64,000 bases of DNA from Candidatus Bathyarchaeota archaeon (GCA_963811105.1 CAWEPZ010000002.1:160001-224000); one strand, 5' to 3'; positions 49,885-60,669 are shown, numbered from the stretch's first letter. Numbers and translations are program-made. Notes: generated by a model from the sequence alone, not told the origin.

Positions 49885-52575
49885 ATGAATCTAAATAAAA
49901 AAAACCTAACTTTTGCAATATTCGTTTCAGCTCTAATGATAGCTTCTATGATCGTTATTATCGTACCAGTAAGAGCGCAACAAGGAGTAACTATTGGAAC
50001 AGCACAAACTCCCACTACAGGCGGGCCTGTACCAGCAGGCGTAACTCCAAGCTTATCACTTAATACAATAGCATACATGAGTTTCTCACCGAACCCGATA
50101 GGCGTTGGACAGCAGTTACTAGTAAACATTTGGCTGCAACCGGCAACTCAGGTCAATCGAGCACACACCGGATACACCGTAATAATTACAAAGCCAGATG
50201 GAACAACTGAGACTGTTGGACCCTTGGTTTCTTTCCAAGCAGATACAACAGCATGGTTTACCTACTCGCCTGATGTAGCAGGTAACTATACACTTCAATT
50301 CTTCTTTGCAGGTGACTATTATCCAGCAGGATACTATTTCCAAGGACTCAAGGCCAATACAACCCAATCTGGAACCATCATTGTCTCAGCTGGCACAAGC
50401 ACCAACACCGGTTTCAATGCTACCCAAGATGTCTACTATATGCCTTCAAATACCGACAAATACACTCTTACCGTCCAACAAGATCAAGTGACTAGTTGGC
50501 AACCCACACCGCTCCCAGGGCTAGGGGATTACTGGACAAGACCAATCCACCCAGATAACAGAGAATGGTGGGTAATCGGCGGAAACGACCCTAATAACGA
50601 AGTCGGAGGCGGCACAGGAACACCAGGCTGGCCAGACAACACTAACGTATACTCTAGCAACTACAAATTCGTGCCCTATGTTACAGGCCCAACCAGCGCA
50701 CACGTAGTATGGAGATTACAAGGTGCATTAGACGGTATATTTGGCGGACTAATTGACGGAGCTTACACCACAGCCCAAGCACCAGACGTGGACTTTTCAG
50801 GTGCAGCCTTTACATTCGGATACACTGGTCCAAGCAACGGAGGAAACCCGGCAATTGTATTTGACGGAAGAACTTACAATTCAATCGTAAAACAGGTCGA
50901 CGGCGTAACACAAACCGTCTGGGAATGCGCTGACATACGTACAGGACAAGTCTACTGGGATCTAACAAACGTTGCTCACCCGCCAACACTGATTTCATAC
51001 GCTGAAAATTCGCCGCCAGTACCAGGAGGATTAGGACGAACCGACAGAACAACTGTGAGTCTCTTATACTTAGGCTCAAACCTTGTTACAAAATACAACC
51101 CAATAACAGGCGCAATCACACTTAACGCGACAATTCCAAGTCTCGGATCCAGCACTCTATACGCTGACCCATATGTTCTATCAGTTCAGACACTTGGAAG
51201 CGGAGCAAGCACACAATATCGCTTAATAAACTGGACACTCCAAGGACTTGGTACAAACACCACGGCATTTCCCACTAGCAACGTAATAAGCAACATAACT
51301 TTCCCGTTCAACAGCATAGGCACCGCAGACTTTGAAACCATGATAGCCATCCAGTCAACAGCCAGTTCTCCAGCTGCAACCGGAGTAGCCTCGGACGTTT
51401 CAATAATGGGCGTTTCCTTGACATCAGGAAAATTGCTCTGGAATGAATCATCAGGCGTTGGTTACCCAATCTTCAGCGGACTAGGACTTGCAGATCACGG
51501 AAAATACGCAAACCGCTTTGACGATGGTCACTTCTATTGTTATGACGAAGCAACAGGCAAACTGCTCTGGAAGAGTCAAATCTCAAGCATCCCATGGGGA
51601 ACATTCGGCGCGTACCAAGATGAATCAGCTTACGGCCTCATATTCTACAACCAATATGACGGCATCGTTGCATACGATTGGAATACAGGAAATGTAGCTT
51701 GGCACTATGAAGCACCCGCAGTACCCTTTGAAACCCCGTACCTGACAAACGGCGTTGGAAACCCAACCAACTCAAGTCAAGGGCAATCCTTCTTCAGCGG
51801 AAGTGTCATCGCAGACGGAATGGTATACACCTATGCAGTTGAGCACTCACCTACTGCTCCATTGACCAGAGGCTGGGACACATATGCAATTAACGCTACA
51901 ACCGGTGCTCTTATATGGAAAACCTTAGGTTCGATGATTCCAGGCGTTGTCGCAGACGGCTACTTAACAGCAACCAACTACTATGACGGATACATGTACA
52001 CCTTTGGCATGGGACAAAGCGCAACTACAGTAACAGCACCACTCAACCAAATCGTTGTAGGACAAAATGTTGCAATAACAGGCACAGTGTCAGACAAATC
52101 TCCATCAACTCTGCAAACTCCAGAATATGCACCAGGCACAAACGTTCCTTGTGTTTCACACGATTCAATGGGTGACTTTATGGCATACCTATTCCAGCAA
52201 GCGCCACGACCAGCAAACCTCACCGGAGTTCCTGTCTCAATCGACGTTGTTGATCCTAACGGAAACTCAGTGCACATTGCTACCCCAACAAGTGACGGCA
52301 ATACAGGTGTTTTCGGCTCCACGTGGACTCCAACAATCCCAGGTGAATACAAGATATACGCAAGCTTTGCAGGTGATGATTCATACGGGTTCTCAACAGC
52401 TGCTACCTTTGCAACAGTAACGCAAGCCCAAGCCTCTCCAGCACCAACAGCAACAACAACAACTCAAACAACAAGCGTAACCATGAGTGACTTCGTATCA
52501 TACTTCGTTGTAGGCATAATAGTGATAATAATCGCAATCGCAATAGTCGGCGCATTAATCCTAAGAAAACACTAA
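49885..52575 (+). CDS. Secreted PQQ-like beta-propeller surface protein with C-terminal TM anchor
   Basis: Signal peptide; PNPIGVGQ Ig-like domain; repeated (D/N)A.TG.L.W blades; C-terminal TM + RKH. Confidence 0.85.
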   Translation: MNLNKKNLTFAIFVSALMIASMIVIIVPVRAQQGVTIGTAQTPTTGGPVPAGVTPSLSLNTIAYMSFSPNPIGVGQQLLVNIWLQPATQVNRAHTGYTVIITKPDGTTETVGPLVSFQADTTAWFTYSPDVAGNYTLQFFFAGDYYPAGYYFQGLKANTTQSGTIIVSAGTSTNTGFNATQDVYYMPSNTDKYTLTVQQDQVTSWQPTPLPGLGDYWTRPIHPDNREWWVIGGNDPNNEVGGGTGTPGWPDNTNVYSSNYKFVPYVTGPTSAHVVWRLQGALDGIFGGLIDGAYTTAQAPDVDFSGAAFTFGYTGPSNGGNPAIVFDGRTYNSIVKQVDGVTQTVWECADIRTGQVYWDLTNVAHPPTLISYAENSPPVPGGLGRTDRTTVSLLYLGSNLVTKYNPITGAITLNATIPSLGSSTLYADPYVLSVQTLGSGASTQYRLINWTLQGLGTNTTAFPTSNVISNITFPFNSIGTADFETMIAIQSTASSPAATGVASDVSIMGVSLTSGKLLWNESSGVGYPIFSGLGLADHGKYANRFDDGHFYCYDEATGKLLWKSQISSIPWGTFGAYQDESAYGLIFYNQYDGIVAYDWNTGNVAWHYEAPAVPFETPYLTNGVGNPTNSSQGQSFFSGSVIADGMVYTYAVEHSPTAPLTRGWDTYAINATTGALIWKTLGSMIPGVVADGYLTATNYYDGYMYTFGMGQSATTVTAPLNQIVVGQNVAITGTVSDKSPSTLQTPEYAPGTNVPCVSHDSMGDFMAYLFQQAPRPANLTGVPVSIDVVDPNGNSVHIATPTSDGNTGVFGSTWTPTIPGEYKIYASFAGDDSYGFSTAATFATVTQAQASPAPTATTTTQTTSVTMSDFVSYFVVGIIVIIIAIAIVGALILRKH

Positions 52576-52703
52576 ACAAAAAAAGCTCAAAAATAAATTT
52601 CCTTTCTTTTCTTTTTTTTGATTTAATTGCCTACAAATTGAAGCAAGTATTCAAACAAAAACGTTTTATAAACAAACAAACATTTCTTTATTTGGAATCA
52701 ACC

Positions 52704-53000
52704 ATGAAATTTTTGATAGTTCAAAAAGTAAAACGTGAAGTTCCACTCGAAAAATGGTCGAAACTGCTTCCGCTGCAATTCAAATATTTTGAAAAGCTCG
52801 AGAAGGAAAAAACGATTGAGGCAGATTACCATCTTGTAGGGCATCAGGGCACCATGCTCATAGTGAATGTTGAGTCAGATGAGCAACTTTCAAAAGTAAT
52901 CGGTCAAGACCCCTTGTTTTTTGAATGCGAAAGAGAAATCTACCCGCTCACAACACGTCAGACACATGAGAAACAAATAAGAGAACTAATCAAGCCATAA
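52704..53000 (+). CDS. Muconolactone isomerase/DUF3303-like small ferredoxin-fold protein
   Basis: MKFLI...G..GTMLIVNVESDEQL...DPLF...EIYPL. Confidence 0.6.
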   Translation: MKFLIVQKVKREVPLEKWSKLLPLQFKYFEKLEKEKTIEADYHLVGHQGTMLIVNVESDEQLSKVIGQDPLFFECEREIYPLTTRQTHEKQIRELIKP

Positions 53001-53017
53001 CACCGACGGTTTTAAAT

Positions 53018-53578
53018 ATGGGTTGCCACGGCGGTTTCTCACTAGACGAAACAACAAGACGTTCATGGTACAAACCAGAAAACATCTTACGAAACCTAAG
53101 CGCAGGTATGGTTTTTGCTGACATAGGATGCGGCGACGGATTCTTCAGCATTTTAGCTGCAAAAAAAGTCGGCGTAACAGGTAGAGTATACTCTGCAGAT
53201 ATTGATGCGTCAGCGATAGAAAAGCTCAAGCGGAAAGCGGAAAATGAAGGTTTAAAAAACATCACCGCCGAAATTGGTGTTGCTGAAGAAACCGTTTTGT
53301 GCACCGAATGTGCTGATTTCGTTTTCTACAGTATGGTGCTTCATGATTTCGCTGACCCAGCAAAAGTGTTGCAAAATGCTCGAAAAATGATTAAGCCTAC
53401 TGGTAGGTCTAGTTAATTTGGATTGGAAAAAACAAGAAATGACTTTTGGTCCACCCGTTAAAATTAGATTCAGCCAAGAACACGCGTCAACTCTAATTCA
53501 GGAGGCAGGCTTCCAATTAGTCAGTCTTAAAGATGCTGGGAAATATCATTATATTTTGACTGCTAAGCCTTTGCCGTG
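53018..53578 (+). CDS. Class I SAM methyltransferase, split by a +1 frameshift at ~53408
   Basis: ADIGCGDGFF and LHDF.DP motifs; the +1 frame continues LVNLDWKKQEMTFGPP...YILTAKPLP*. Confidence 0.8.
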
Positions 53579-53583
53579 AAAAG

Positions 53584-54189
53584 TTAGGTTGATTCAGCTT
53601 TTGCGTAGAGCTCAAGTAGATCTCGTTTGAACAGTTCAGGGTCGTTTTTGTAGGCGGAGTGTCCTGCTCCATTATAGATTAAGAGTTTAGAGTTAGGCAG
53701 CTTGCCAGCTAAAGTTCTCATATCTTCTCCTGATATGATGTTGTCGTTTGAACCCCAAATTACCTTAACTGGAAAGTTGAAGTTGCTATAAGCTTTCACT
53801 AGTTCTTCATCAAGTATTCTAGAAGGTCCAATTAAAAGCAAGCTTTTAACAGGAAACCTTGCAGCATACTTCAATGCGATGTGACCGCCCAAGCTGGCGC
53901 CTACAATAAAAGGCACCGTTGTTCCGAACACGCTCTTTATTGCGTCAGCGGCAAATGTAACGTTAGTTTCGACGTTTCTGGTTTTGGGTTGGCAGCTGCT
54001 TCTTAGCCCATACGGCATATCTAGAGCCAAAAATGGTATACGCTTTGCAATCAATAAATCTGTTACTCCAATCTGTTGCCAAATGTCCATTGTATAAGAT
54101 AATCCATGCAGAAAAACGATTGGAACTCCTGGTGAATCGAAATACAAAGCATTGCATTTACGGCCAGCCAAAGTTAATGTTTTTTCCAT
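53584..54189 (-). CDS. Alpha/beta hydrolase
   Basis: VFLHG, nucleophile elbow GASLGG, WGSND and GAGH motifs. Confidence 0.9.
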   Translation of the reverse strand: MEKTLTLAGRKCNALYFDSPGVPIVFLHGLSYTMDIWQQIGVTDLLIAKRIPFLALDMPYGLRSSCQPKTRNVETNVTFAADAIKSVFGTTVPFIVGASLGGHIALKYAARFPVKSLLLIGPSRILDEELVKAYSNFNFPVKVIWGSNDNIISGEDMRTLAGKLPNSKLLIYNGAGHSAYKNDPELFKRDLLELYAKAEST

Positions 54190-54287
54190 GAAATTTAGTT
54201 ATTCTTCGTTTCTTATAACATTTGACCGCCGCAAAAACGTCGAAAAGGATAATAGCTCTTTATGAACTCTTTAGTTTGGTGATTTTT

Positions 54288-54767
54288 TTGAGTGTTAAGG
54301 TCGGCGACAAAGCCCCAGACTTCAAGTTGCCATCACAAATGGGCGACGATGTGATGCTTTCAGAATTTTTCGATAAAAAAAATGTAGTTTTATATTTTTA
54401 CCCTAAAGATGAAACCCCCGGTTGCATCAAAGAGGCTTGCACGTTTAGAGACAGTTATGAAGAATTGGCGAATTTAGGTGCCGAGGTGCTTGGTGTTAGC
54501 GGTCAAAGTGTTGCGTCGCATAAATCTTTCGCAAGCCATTATGGTTTACCCTTCATCCTGTTAAGCGATGAGAATAACAAGGTTCGTAAACTGTATGGTG
54601 TTCCATCAACCATGGGTCTAATTCCTGGACGCGTAACCTACATTATTGATAAGAAAGGCATTGTCAGGCATATTTTCTCCTCGCAAGCGCAGTCGCAAAG
54701 GCACGTGGAAGAAGCGAAGAAAACGCTTCAGGAGCTTGAAAAAGAAGAGAAGGTTACCTCTGTTTAG
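54288..54767 (+). CDS. bcp: Peroxiredoxin, BCP/PrxQ type
   Basis: GDKAPDF and YFYPKDETPGCIKEAC.FRD motifs. Confidence 0.92.
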   Translation: MSVKVGDKAPDFKLPSQMGDDVMLSEFFDKKNVVLYFYPKDETPGCIKEACTFRDSYEELANLGAEVLGVSGQSVASHKSFASHYGLPFILLSDENNKVRKLYGVPSTMGLIPGRVTYIIDKKGIVRHIFSSQAQSQRHVEEAKKTLQELEKEEKVTSV

Positions 54768-54786
54768 GTGAATAAGTCGGGTACGC

Positions 54787-56023
54787 ATGTTGAATTTATT
54801 TAATACTCTTACGCGAAAAATCGAGCCATTCAATCCAACTGAAGATATGGAAGTTAAAATGTACACTTGTGGTCCCTCGACTTATCAGCGAGCGCACATA
54901 GGGAATTACCGTACTTTTGCTTTCGAAGATATTCTTCAACGGTACTTGGAATACCTGGGCTATAGTGTTAAGCGGCTTATGACATTGACAGATGTGGAAG
55001 ACAAAGCAATAGCTCAGGCAAAAAAAGAAAAATTGACTGTTGAAGAATTAACGAGTAAAAACGAAGCCGCTTTCTTTAAAGATTTTGAACTTCTAAAAAT
55101 CAAGGCACCTGATTACCCCGTAAGAGCTTCCTCAGCTGTGGATCAATCAGCAAAACTAATCGCTCAACTTTTGAAGAAAGGATATGCGTACTGGTATACT
55201 TATGAGGGCGTGAAAAACGTTTACTTTGATCCCTTAAAATTCGGTGGTTTCGGGAAACTTGCTCATCTGGACTTGAGCAAATGGCCAAAAAAGAAGCGAC
55301 GTTTCCACAAAGACACATACCCAGGAACCCCATGGAACATGGGTGACTTCATTGTTTGGCATGGCTGCGGACAGGACAACGTGTGCTATCAAACGCCAAT
55401 TGGGAGCGGTAGGCCAGCATGGAACATTCAGGATGCAGCCATAGTGACTAAGCATCTCGGTTTTTCGATTGATGTTGGTTGTGGAGGAATTGACAATTTA
55501 GTTAGGCATCATGACTATACGCTTGCCATCTCTGAAGCTGTAAGTGGTAACCAGTTTTCGCGTTATTGGCTTCATGGCGGTCACCTGTTTGTGAACGGCA
55601 AAAAAATGTCCAAAAGCGCTGGCAACGTGTATTATCCAAGCGACTTATATACCAAGGGTTTTAGCGGTGTCCAGCTAAGATTCTTCCTCATTTATGGACC
55701 TTATAGAAACAAACTAAATTTCACATTTGAACGGCTTATCAAAACTAGTCAGAAGCTCGATTCCTTCAAACGCATGATTAAGGACTTGGAGGAACAGAAA
55801 TCAGAAGGTTCCAGTTCAGAGGCAAATAAGCTCGCCGAAACCATTCTTCCCGTCTTTGAAGCTGCAATGGATAACGATTTGGATGTAAAAACTGCTTTCG
55901 ATAACCTGTACGAAACAATCAGTGAAATACACAGAAAGCGTGAAACATTAAATTAAGAAAAATATAAAAAATGTAATGAATAATTTGCGCATGATTGATT
56001 CTGTATTTCAATGTATCTTCTGA
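54787..56023 (+). CDS. Cysteinyl-tRNA synthetase-like paralogue (divergent; +1 frameshift near 55953)
   Basis: CGPS, HIGN and KMSKS retained; WHIEC replaced by WNIQD and HHENE by HHDYT; the +1 frame adds KKNIKNVMNNLRMIDSVFQCIF*; no anticodon-binding domain. Confidence 0.8.
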
Positions 56024-56036
56024 CAGTTTTATTTGC

Positions 56037-56276
56037 TTACGTTAAGTCGCCGACCAGTTTGACTCTCTTAAAATTTTCTTCTCTATGTGGAGCCATCTCT
56101 AATTCTTCGGTTAAGTCTTTGCCGGCTTCATGCATTCCCAAGTGGTCTCCATCAAGCCAAAAACTGCTCTGGGATACATCGTAGACTTTGCCTTTGTAGG
56201 CTAAGTAAGCTGGTTTACCGTTTTTTCCGTTATTTGTTTCAAGTTCTTGCCTTGTTACTTTTTTTATTTCAGTCAA
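56037..56276 (-). CDS. Cytochrome b5-like heme/steroid-binding protein
   Basis: ELETNNGKNG.PAYLAYKGKVYDVS...W..G.H...HEAGKDLT...APH. Confidence 0.88.
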   Translation of the reverse strand: MTEIKKVTRQELETNNGKNGKPAYLAYKGKVYDVSQSSFWLDGDHLGMHEAGKDLTEELEMAPHREENFKRVKLVGDLT

Positions 56277-56343
56277 AAAGATTCCTTCTCTACACTTAGG
56301 AAAGTTAGAAACTTGTATTTTAAATGGTTTACGGCTTAGTTAC

Positions 56344-57402
56344 TTATGCTGAGATGGTTGTTGATTGGTAAGAAGCGTTTATGTTGATTGAGCCGATGTT
56401 GGTTTTTAGGGTTATTATGAAGTTGCTTTCAGCTGGGTAGTTGTTTGATTGTATAGGTGACTTGTTTCCTGAAAAGTTGTTCACGTTGGTTCTTATTGAT
56501 CCAATGTCTGTTCTCGATTCGATTCTTGCTGCAACACCATCATCAATAATCATTGATAAGTCAACTGAACCAGTATTTGTAGAAGCGTTCATTTGCACGT
56601 TTCCTGGTAGCGTTTGTTTTTCATTTATGTCCATGTTTACTTTGCCCGTATTTGTTTGAAGGTTAAATGTACGGTTACCTTCCACGTTTGCTTGGTTCAT
56701 GCTAAACATGACGACTCCCGTTGAAGTTTTAAGTGATATGTCACCTTCAATTACGGTTCCATTTTGCAGGTCTGCTTGTACTTCGCCTGTGTTGGATTTG
56801 AGGTTTAAGGATTCAAAGGTTGCATGTTGAGTTTCATTTAGCTTGATTAAACCAGTTTGCGTAGTTATGTTAAGGTTCAGAAGCATTGATGGGTTCAGAT
56901 AAATGTCGCAGATTACTCTCTGTGCCCTTGTGAAACGGTCAGTTATGGCGATCTTCGCGTTAACTGTTAACACTTTTCCCAATGTTTCATTAGTGAAGCT
57001 TATTTGGACTGGATTTTTTGAGCCGAAAATACCTGTTGAAACATTGCCAGATGTATACATAACGATTGTTCTATCACTTACGTTTTGAGCAATAATATTT
57101 ACTTGGGCAATGTCAGCGTAAAAATTTAGATTTAGAGTCTTAACGTTTGGCTGATTTATTTCATTTGTTTGCCCTAAATTTACTACATTAATTGGAGCAA
57201 AAATTAAAATGCTGATAATTACTGCTGAAATTAATATGGCAACCAGGACGATGCCCGCTATAACGAGTGGTTCACTTCTCATTGGTCTGTGCGCTGGAGG
57301 CGGTGCAGGCGGATAGGTGTAAGTGGCAACTGGTGTTCCGCAGTTAGGGCAGAACTGTGCGTTTTCTTCAAGTTTAGTTCCGCATTTTCGACAATAAGGC
57401 AA
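56344..57402 (-). CDS. Zinc-ribbon + TM + DUF4097/adhesin-like beta-repeat membrane protein
   Basis: YCRKCG...FCPNCG; one TM; repeated T.TG.V units. Confidence 0.8.
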   Translation of the reverse strand: MPYCRKCGTKLEENAQFCPNCGTPVATYTYPPAPPPAHRPMRSEPLVIAGIVLVAILISAVIISILIFAPINVVNLGQTNEINQPNVKTLNLNFYADIAQVNIIAQNVSDRTIVMYTSGNVSTGIFGSKNPVQISFTNETLGKVLTVNAKIAITDRFTRAQRVICDIYLNPSMLLNLNITTQTGLIKLNETQHATFESLNLKSNTGEVQADLQNGTVIEGDISLKTSTGVVMFSMNQANVEGNRTFNLQTNTGKVNMDINEKQTLPGNVQMNASTNTGSVDLSMIIDDGVAARIESRTDIGSIRTNVNNFSGNKSPIQSNNYPAESNFIITLKTNIGSININASYQSTTISA

Positions 57403-57527
57403 CTGTGAAACCTCAAATACGGGTATTGTATGTTGGAAAATTTAAGCGTTACCGCGAAATCCAATCTTTAACTATTGTTATAGCAATTTTAATAAGGTCG
57501 GCACTAAACGATTTGTTGGAGATACGT

Positions 57528-59228
57528 TTGCCTGAAAAAGTTTTAGTTACATCCGCTTGGCCATACATTAACGTCACGCCTCACCTCGGTAACCTTGTCG
57601 GCTCAGTTCTATCAGCCGACGTAGCAGCCCGATATTACAGGCTAAAAGGTGATGATGTTTTGATGGTTAGCGGTTCGGATACGCATGGTACACCTATCGA
57701 GGTGGAAGCAATAAGGCAAGGCATAAGACCTAAAGAATTAACGGATCGTAACCACGCTCGCGTGGCCGAGCTTTTCCGTAGATGGGCCGCTTCCTTTGAC
57801 AATTATACCAGCACCGAAAGCCCCATACACAAGGAATTTGTTCAAAAAACCCTGCTTGAAATTCAAAAGAACGGCTACCTCTTCGAGCAAGACACACAGA
57901 TGCTTTACTGTGAGCATGACCAGCGATTTTTGCCCGATCGATTCGTGGAAGGCAAATGCCCCTACTGCGGCTGCGAAAAAGCCCGAGGCGACCAATGCGA
58001 TATATGTGGAAGGCTTCTGGAACCAACAATGCTTATTGAGCCTTATTGCGTAATCTGCAAAAATAAGCCCACAGTAAAGACTACTCGTCACTGGTACATA
58101 GATCTCTCAAAACTCTCTGACCCTTTAACAGAATACCTAAAGAACAATCAGCAGTTGCCGGTTAATGTCAAAAATTTCAGCTTAAACTGGATAAAAGAAG
58201 GCTTAAAACCAAGGGCCGTCACCCGTGATGTAGAATGGGGCATTCCAGCACCTTTCCCTGGTGCAGAGGGCAAAACTATCTACGTTTGGGTAGACGCCGT
58301 CTTAGGTTACATTTCCGCCACCATTGAGCAATCAGAGCGCATGGGGCAGCCGGAGATGTGGCGTGAGTTCTGGTTTAACAGGGAAGCCAAAACCCTCTAT
58401 TTCGTGGGAAAAGACAACATCCCATTCCATACTATAATCCTCCCAGCTCTGTTGTTGGCTTCAGGCCAAGGCTATAACTTGCCATGGAACGTTTCCGCTA
58501 CCGAATTTCTCCAGTTCAAAGGGCAAAAAGCGTCAAAAAGCCAAAGAGTCGGCATTTGGATAGATGAAGCTCTCGAAATGTTTCCCGTAGATTACTGGCG
58601 CTTCTTCCTCATTGCTACAAGACCTGAAAGCAAAGACACCAACTTTACGTGGGCCCTCTTTACAGACAAAATTAATGCTGACCTAAATGACACCTTTGGC
58701 AACTTTATCCACCGCACCCTCAGCTTCATAACTTCAAAATTCGATGGCGCAATTCCTCAGCCGACAAAGTTGGATAAGGATGATGAAGCAATACTTCAAG
58801 CATTAAAGGCGAAGGTTGAACAAGCTGCCAAAGAAATAGAAGATTCATGGTTGCAATCTGCTGCAAACACGCTCATTTCGATAAGTCGTCTTGGTAACCA
58901 ATACCTCAATACTAAGGAACCATGGAATCTCATGAAAACTGACAAAGAAAAAGCAGGCACAATATTTTACGTTGCCGCACAAGTAGTCAAAGCGATCACA
59001 GTGGTCTCTTCGCCCTTCATTCCACAGACGGCTGAACAATTATGGCAAACACTGCAGCTACCTGGAAGCGTGGAAAAAAAGAGTTGGGCAGAAGCTTTGA
59101 TGCCGCTTGAGGCAGGGCACAAAATAGCCAAGCCAAAACCGCTCTTCCACAAAATAGAAGCTGATGAGGCAAAACTAGACGAGCAGTTAGCAGAAATCAG
59201 AGCAAAACTAGGAACCCAACCAAAATAG
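57528..59228 (+). CDS. metG: Methionine--tRNA ligase
   Basis: TSAWPY, HLGN, Zn-knuckle Cys motifs, YVWVDA, GKDNIPFH and KASKS; TTG start. Confidence 0.96.
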   Translation: MPEKVLVTSAWPYINVTPHLGNLVGSVLSADVAARYYRLKGDDVLMVSGSDTHGTPIEVEAIRQGIRPKELTDRNHARVAELFRRWAASFDNYTSTESPIHKEFVQKTLLEIQKNGYLFEQDTQMLYCEHDQRFLPDRFVEGKCPYCGCEKARGDQCDICGRLLEPTMLIEPYCVICKNKPTVKTTRHWYIDLSKLSDPLTEYLKNNQQLPVNVKNFSLNWIKEGLKPRAVTRDVEWGIPAPFPGAEGKTIYVWVDAVLGYISATIEQSERMGQPEMWREFWFNREAKTLYFVGKDNIPFHTIILPALLLASGQGYNLPWNVSATEFLQFKGQKASKSQRVGIWIDEALEMFPVDYWRFFLIATRPESKDTNFTWALFTDKINADLNDTFGNFIHRTLSFITSKFDGAIPQPTKLDKDDEAILQALKAKVEQAAKEIEDSWLQSAANTLISISRLGNQYLNTKEPWNLMKTDKEKAGTIFYVAAQVVKAITVVSSPFIPQTAEQLWQTLQLPGSVEKKSWAEALMPLEAGHKIAKPKPLFHKIEADEAKLDEQLAEIRAKLGTQPK

Positions 59229-59383
59229 CCGAGGTTAATTAATGCAGATCAATGCCGACCTCCTTCTTCTCTTCAGTCACACCATTCATTCCCCATACTC
59301 CACAGACTTTTTCCATACGTCTGCCGTATCCGCTGTCTTATCAAGCCTACCAATATTGACAAAATAAAAGTATTTTTTTTATG

Positions 59384-59453
59384 GAAGGCATCGAAAAACC
59401 GCCAAGCAAATCGGTCAAGAAAATTTGACTAAAACCATTCAAGAATGCTTGAC
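59384..59453 (+). repeat. Orphan surface-gene 3' tail plus paired palindromes
   Basis: 19 bp identical to 62180-62198, followed by GTCAAgaaaatTTGAC and TTCAAgaatgcTTGAC. Confidence 0.75.
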
Positions 59454-59584
59454 TGCATCAAAAGTTAATGCCCTTCAAGTAAAAGTTGGACAGGTTAGAG
59501 TTTGAAAGCTCTGGATTTTTATGCTGGAAAACTAGGAATTCTAGATATTAGCAAATCTTTAGAAAATCAGGAATAATAATGATT

Positions 59585-60284
59585 TCAAGGATAGCTTATT
59601 ACATAAACTTTGGTTGCTGTTTCTAAAACAAGTTTGGTATTTACAATTTCAAGGAACGGTATATTTTTCTGAATGTTTGGGATATGAATTTCTTGCAAGT
59701 AAATTTTGCCAATGAGATCCATTTTTCTTTCAATACCCTCACCAGTTAATCTTATGAAAATATTTAGCATGGGCTTAATTGATTTTATTCTAAGAGCTAG
59801 AAGCGTTTTTTGGAATCGAATAGATTCTTGAAAAAACAATGTCGTTTCTTGATAGCTCTTTGACTGTTATAGCTACTCCATTTTCCGAATTCATTTTTTG
59901 ATCTATGTTATATATCACGTTTTGACGTTTCGATAGTTCATTAACGTAATCAAAGGTTAGCTCGTAAGGGCAAAACCAACTTGGGGGATCTCCAACTAGC
60001 AGTTTCTTTTTCGCAACTCTTGATTTATCTTCATTCAACCAATCATATCGGTTAGAATTACAATACACTTTCGCATTATCTATATCCTTTCCTTGTTCTA
60101 AATCTAAACCAAAATATATGACCGTCAAATTTCGCACTGGTGTCTTAATGATTGTTTCGACTGAGGGAAGTATTTCAAACCTCAGTCTTTTCCGATAGTC
60201 GTTTATATAATCAGCAACAACTTTGGACAATAACCCGACCAGAAAGCTCGAGAGTGCAGTAAGCGCAAATTCCAAACTAGACAT
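59585..60284 (-). CDS. Hypothetical membrane-anchored protein, probably one gene split by a +1 frameshift (~59790-59815)
   Basis: N-terminal TM; overlapping ORFs 59790-60284 and 59585-59839. Confidence 0.5.
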
Positions 60285-60607
60285 ATAGGACTTGTTGTTT
60301 AGAATTACTATTAAGAGTTTGTTGAAACCCCTTTTTAATTTGAAAAAAAATTTACTTAATATTCAACAATAAAACTTGCACATAAGAAGAACAAATGTTT
60401 GTGTGCTTTGACTTTTCTGCACAAACCCTCTTTTTCGAGTCTTCATGTGTAGAATAATCAATGTAAAGTTGGTCAAGAAAGGAGCCTGTGTGAGAACTCG
60501 GTTAGTTTTCAAAAGATTGCTAACTTGCTGTTAAATAGAAAGGCTGACAAGGGTTATTATTGACTTGATGATAGTAACTTTCCAACGATAAGTTGACTTT
60601 TTGCATA

Positions 60608-60646
60608 GTCTCAAAGTTTGACTAACCCCAGTCAAGAATTCTTGTC
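60608..60646 (+). repeat. Paired palindromes upstream of the NosD-like gene
   Basis: 60617-60644 matches 59424-59451 at 24/28 nt; GTCAAGAATTCTTGTC is a near-perfect palindrome. Confidence 0.7.
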
Positions 60647-60669
60647 GATAAACCTTTTATTGCCAATGC

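Noticed and set aside
54787-55956. Annotation as canonical cysS
   Set aside because: Two of four Zn ligands are changed and the anticodon-binding domain is absent
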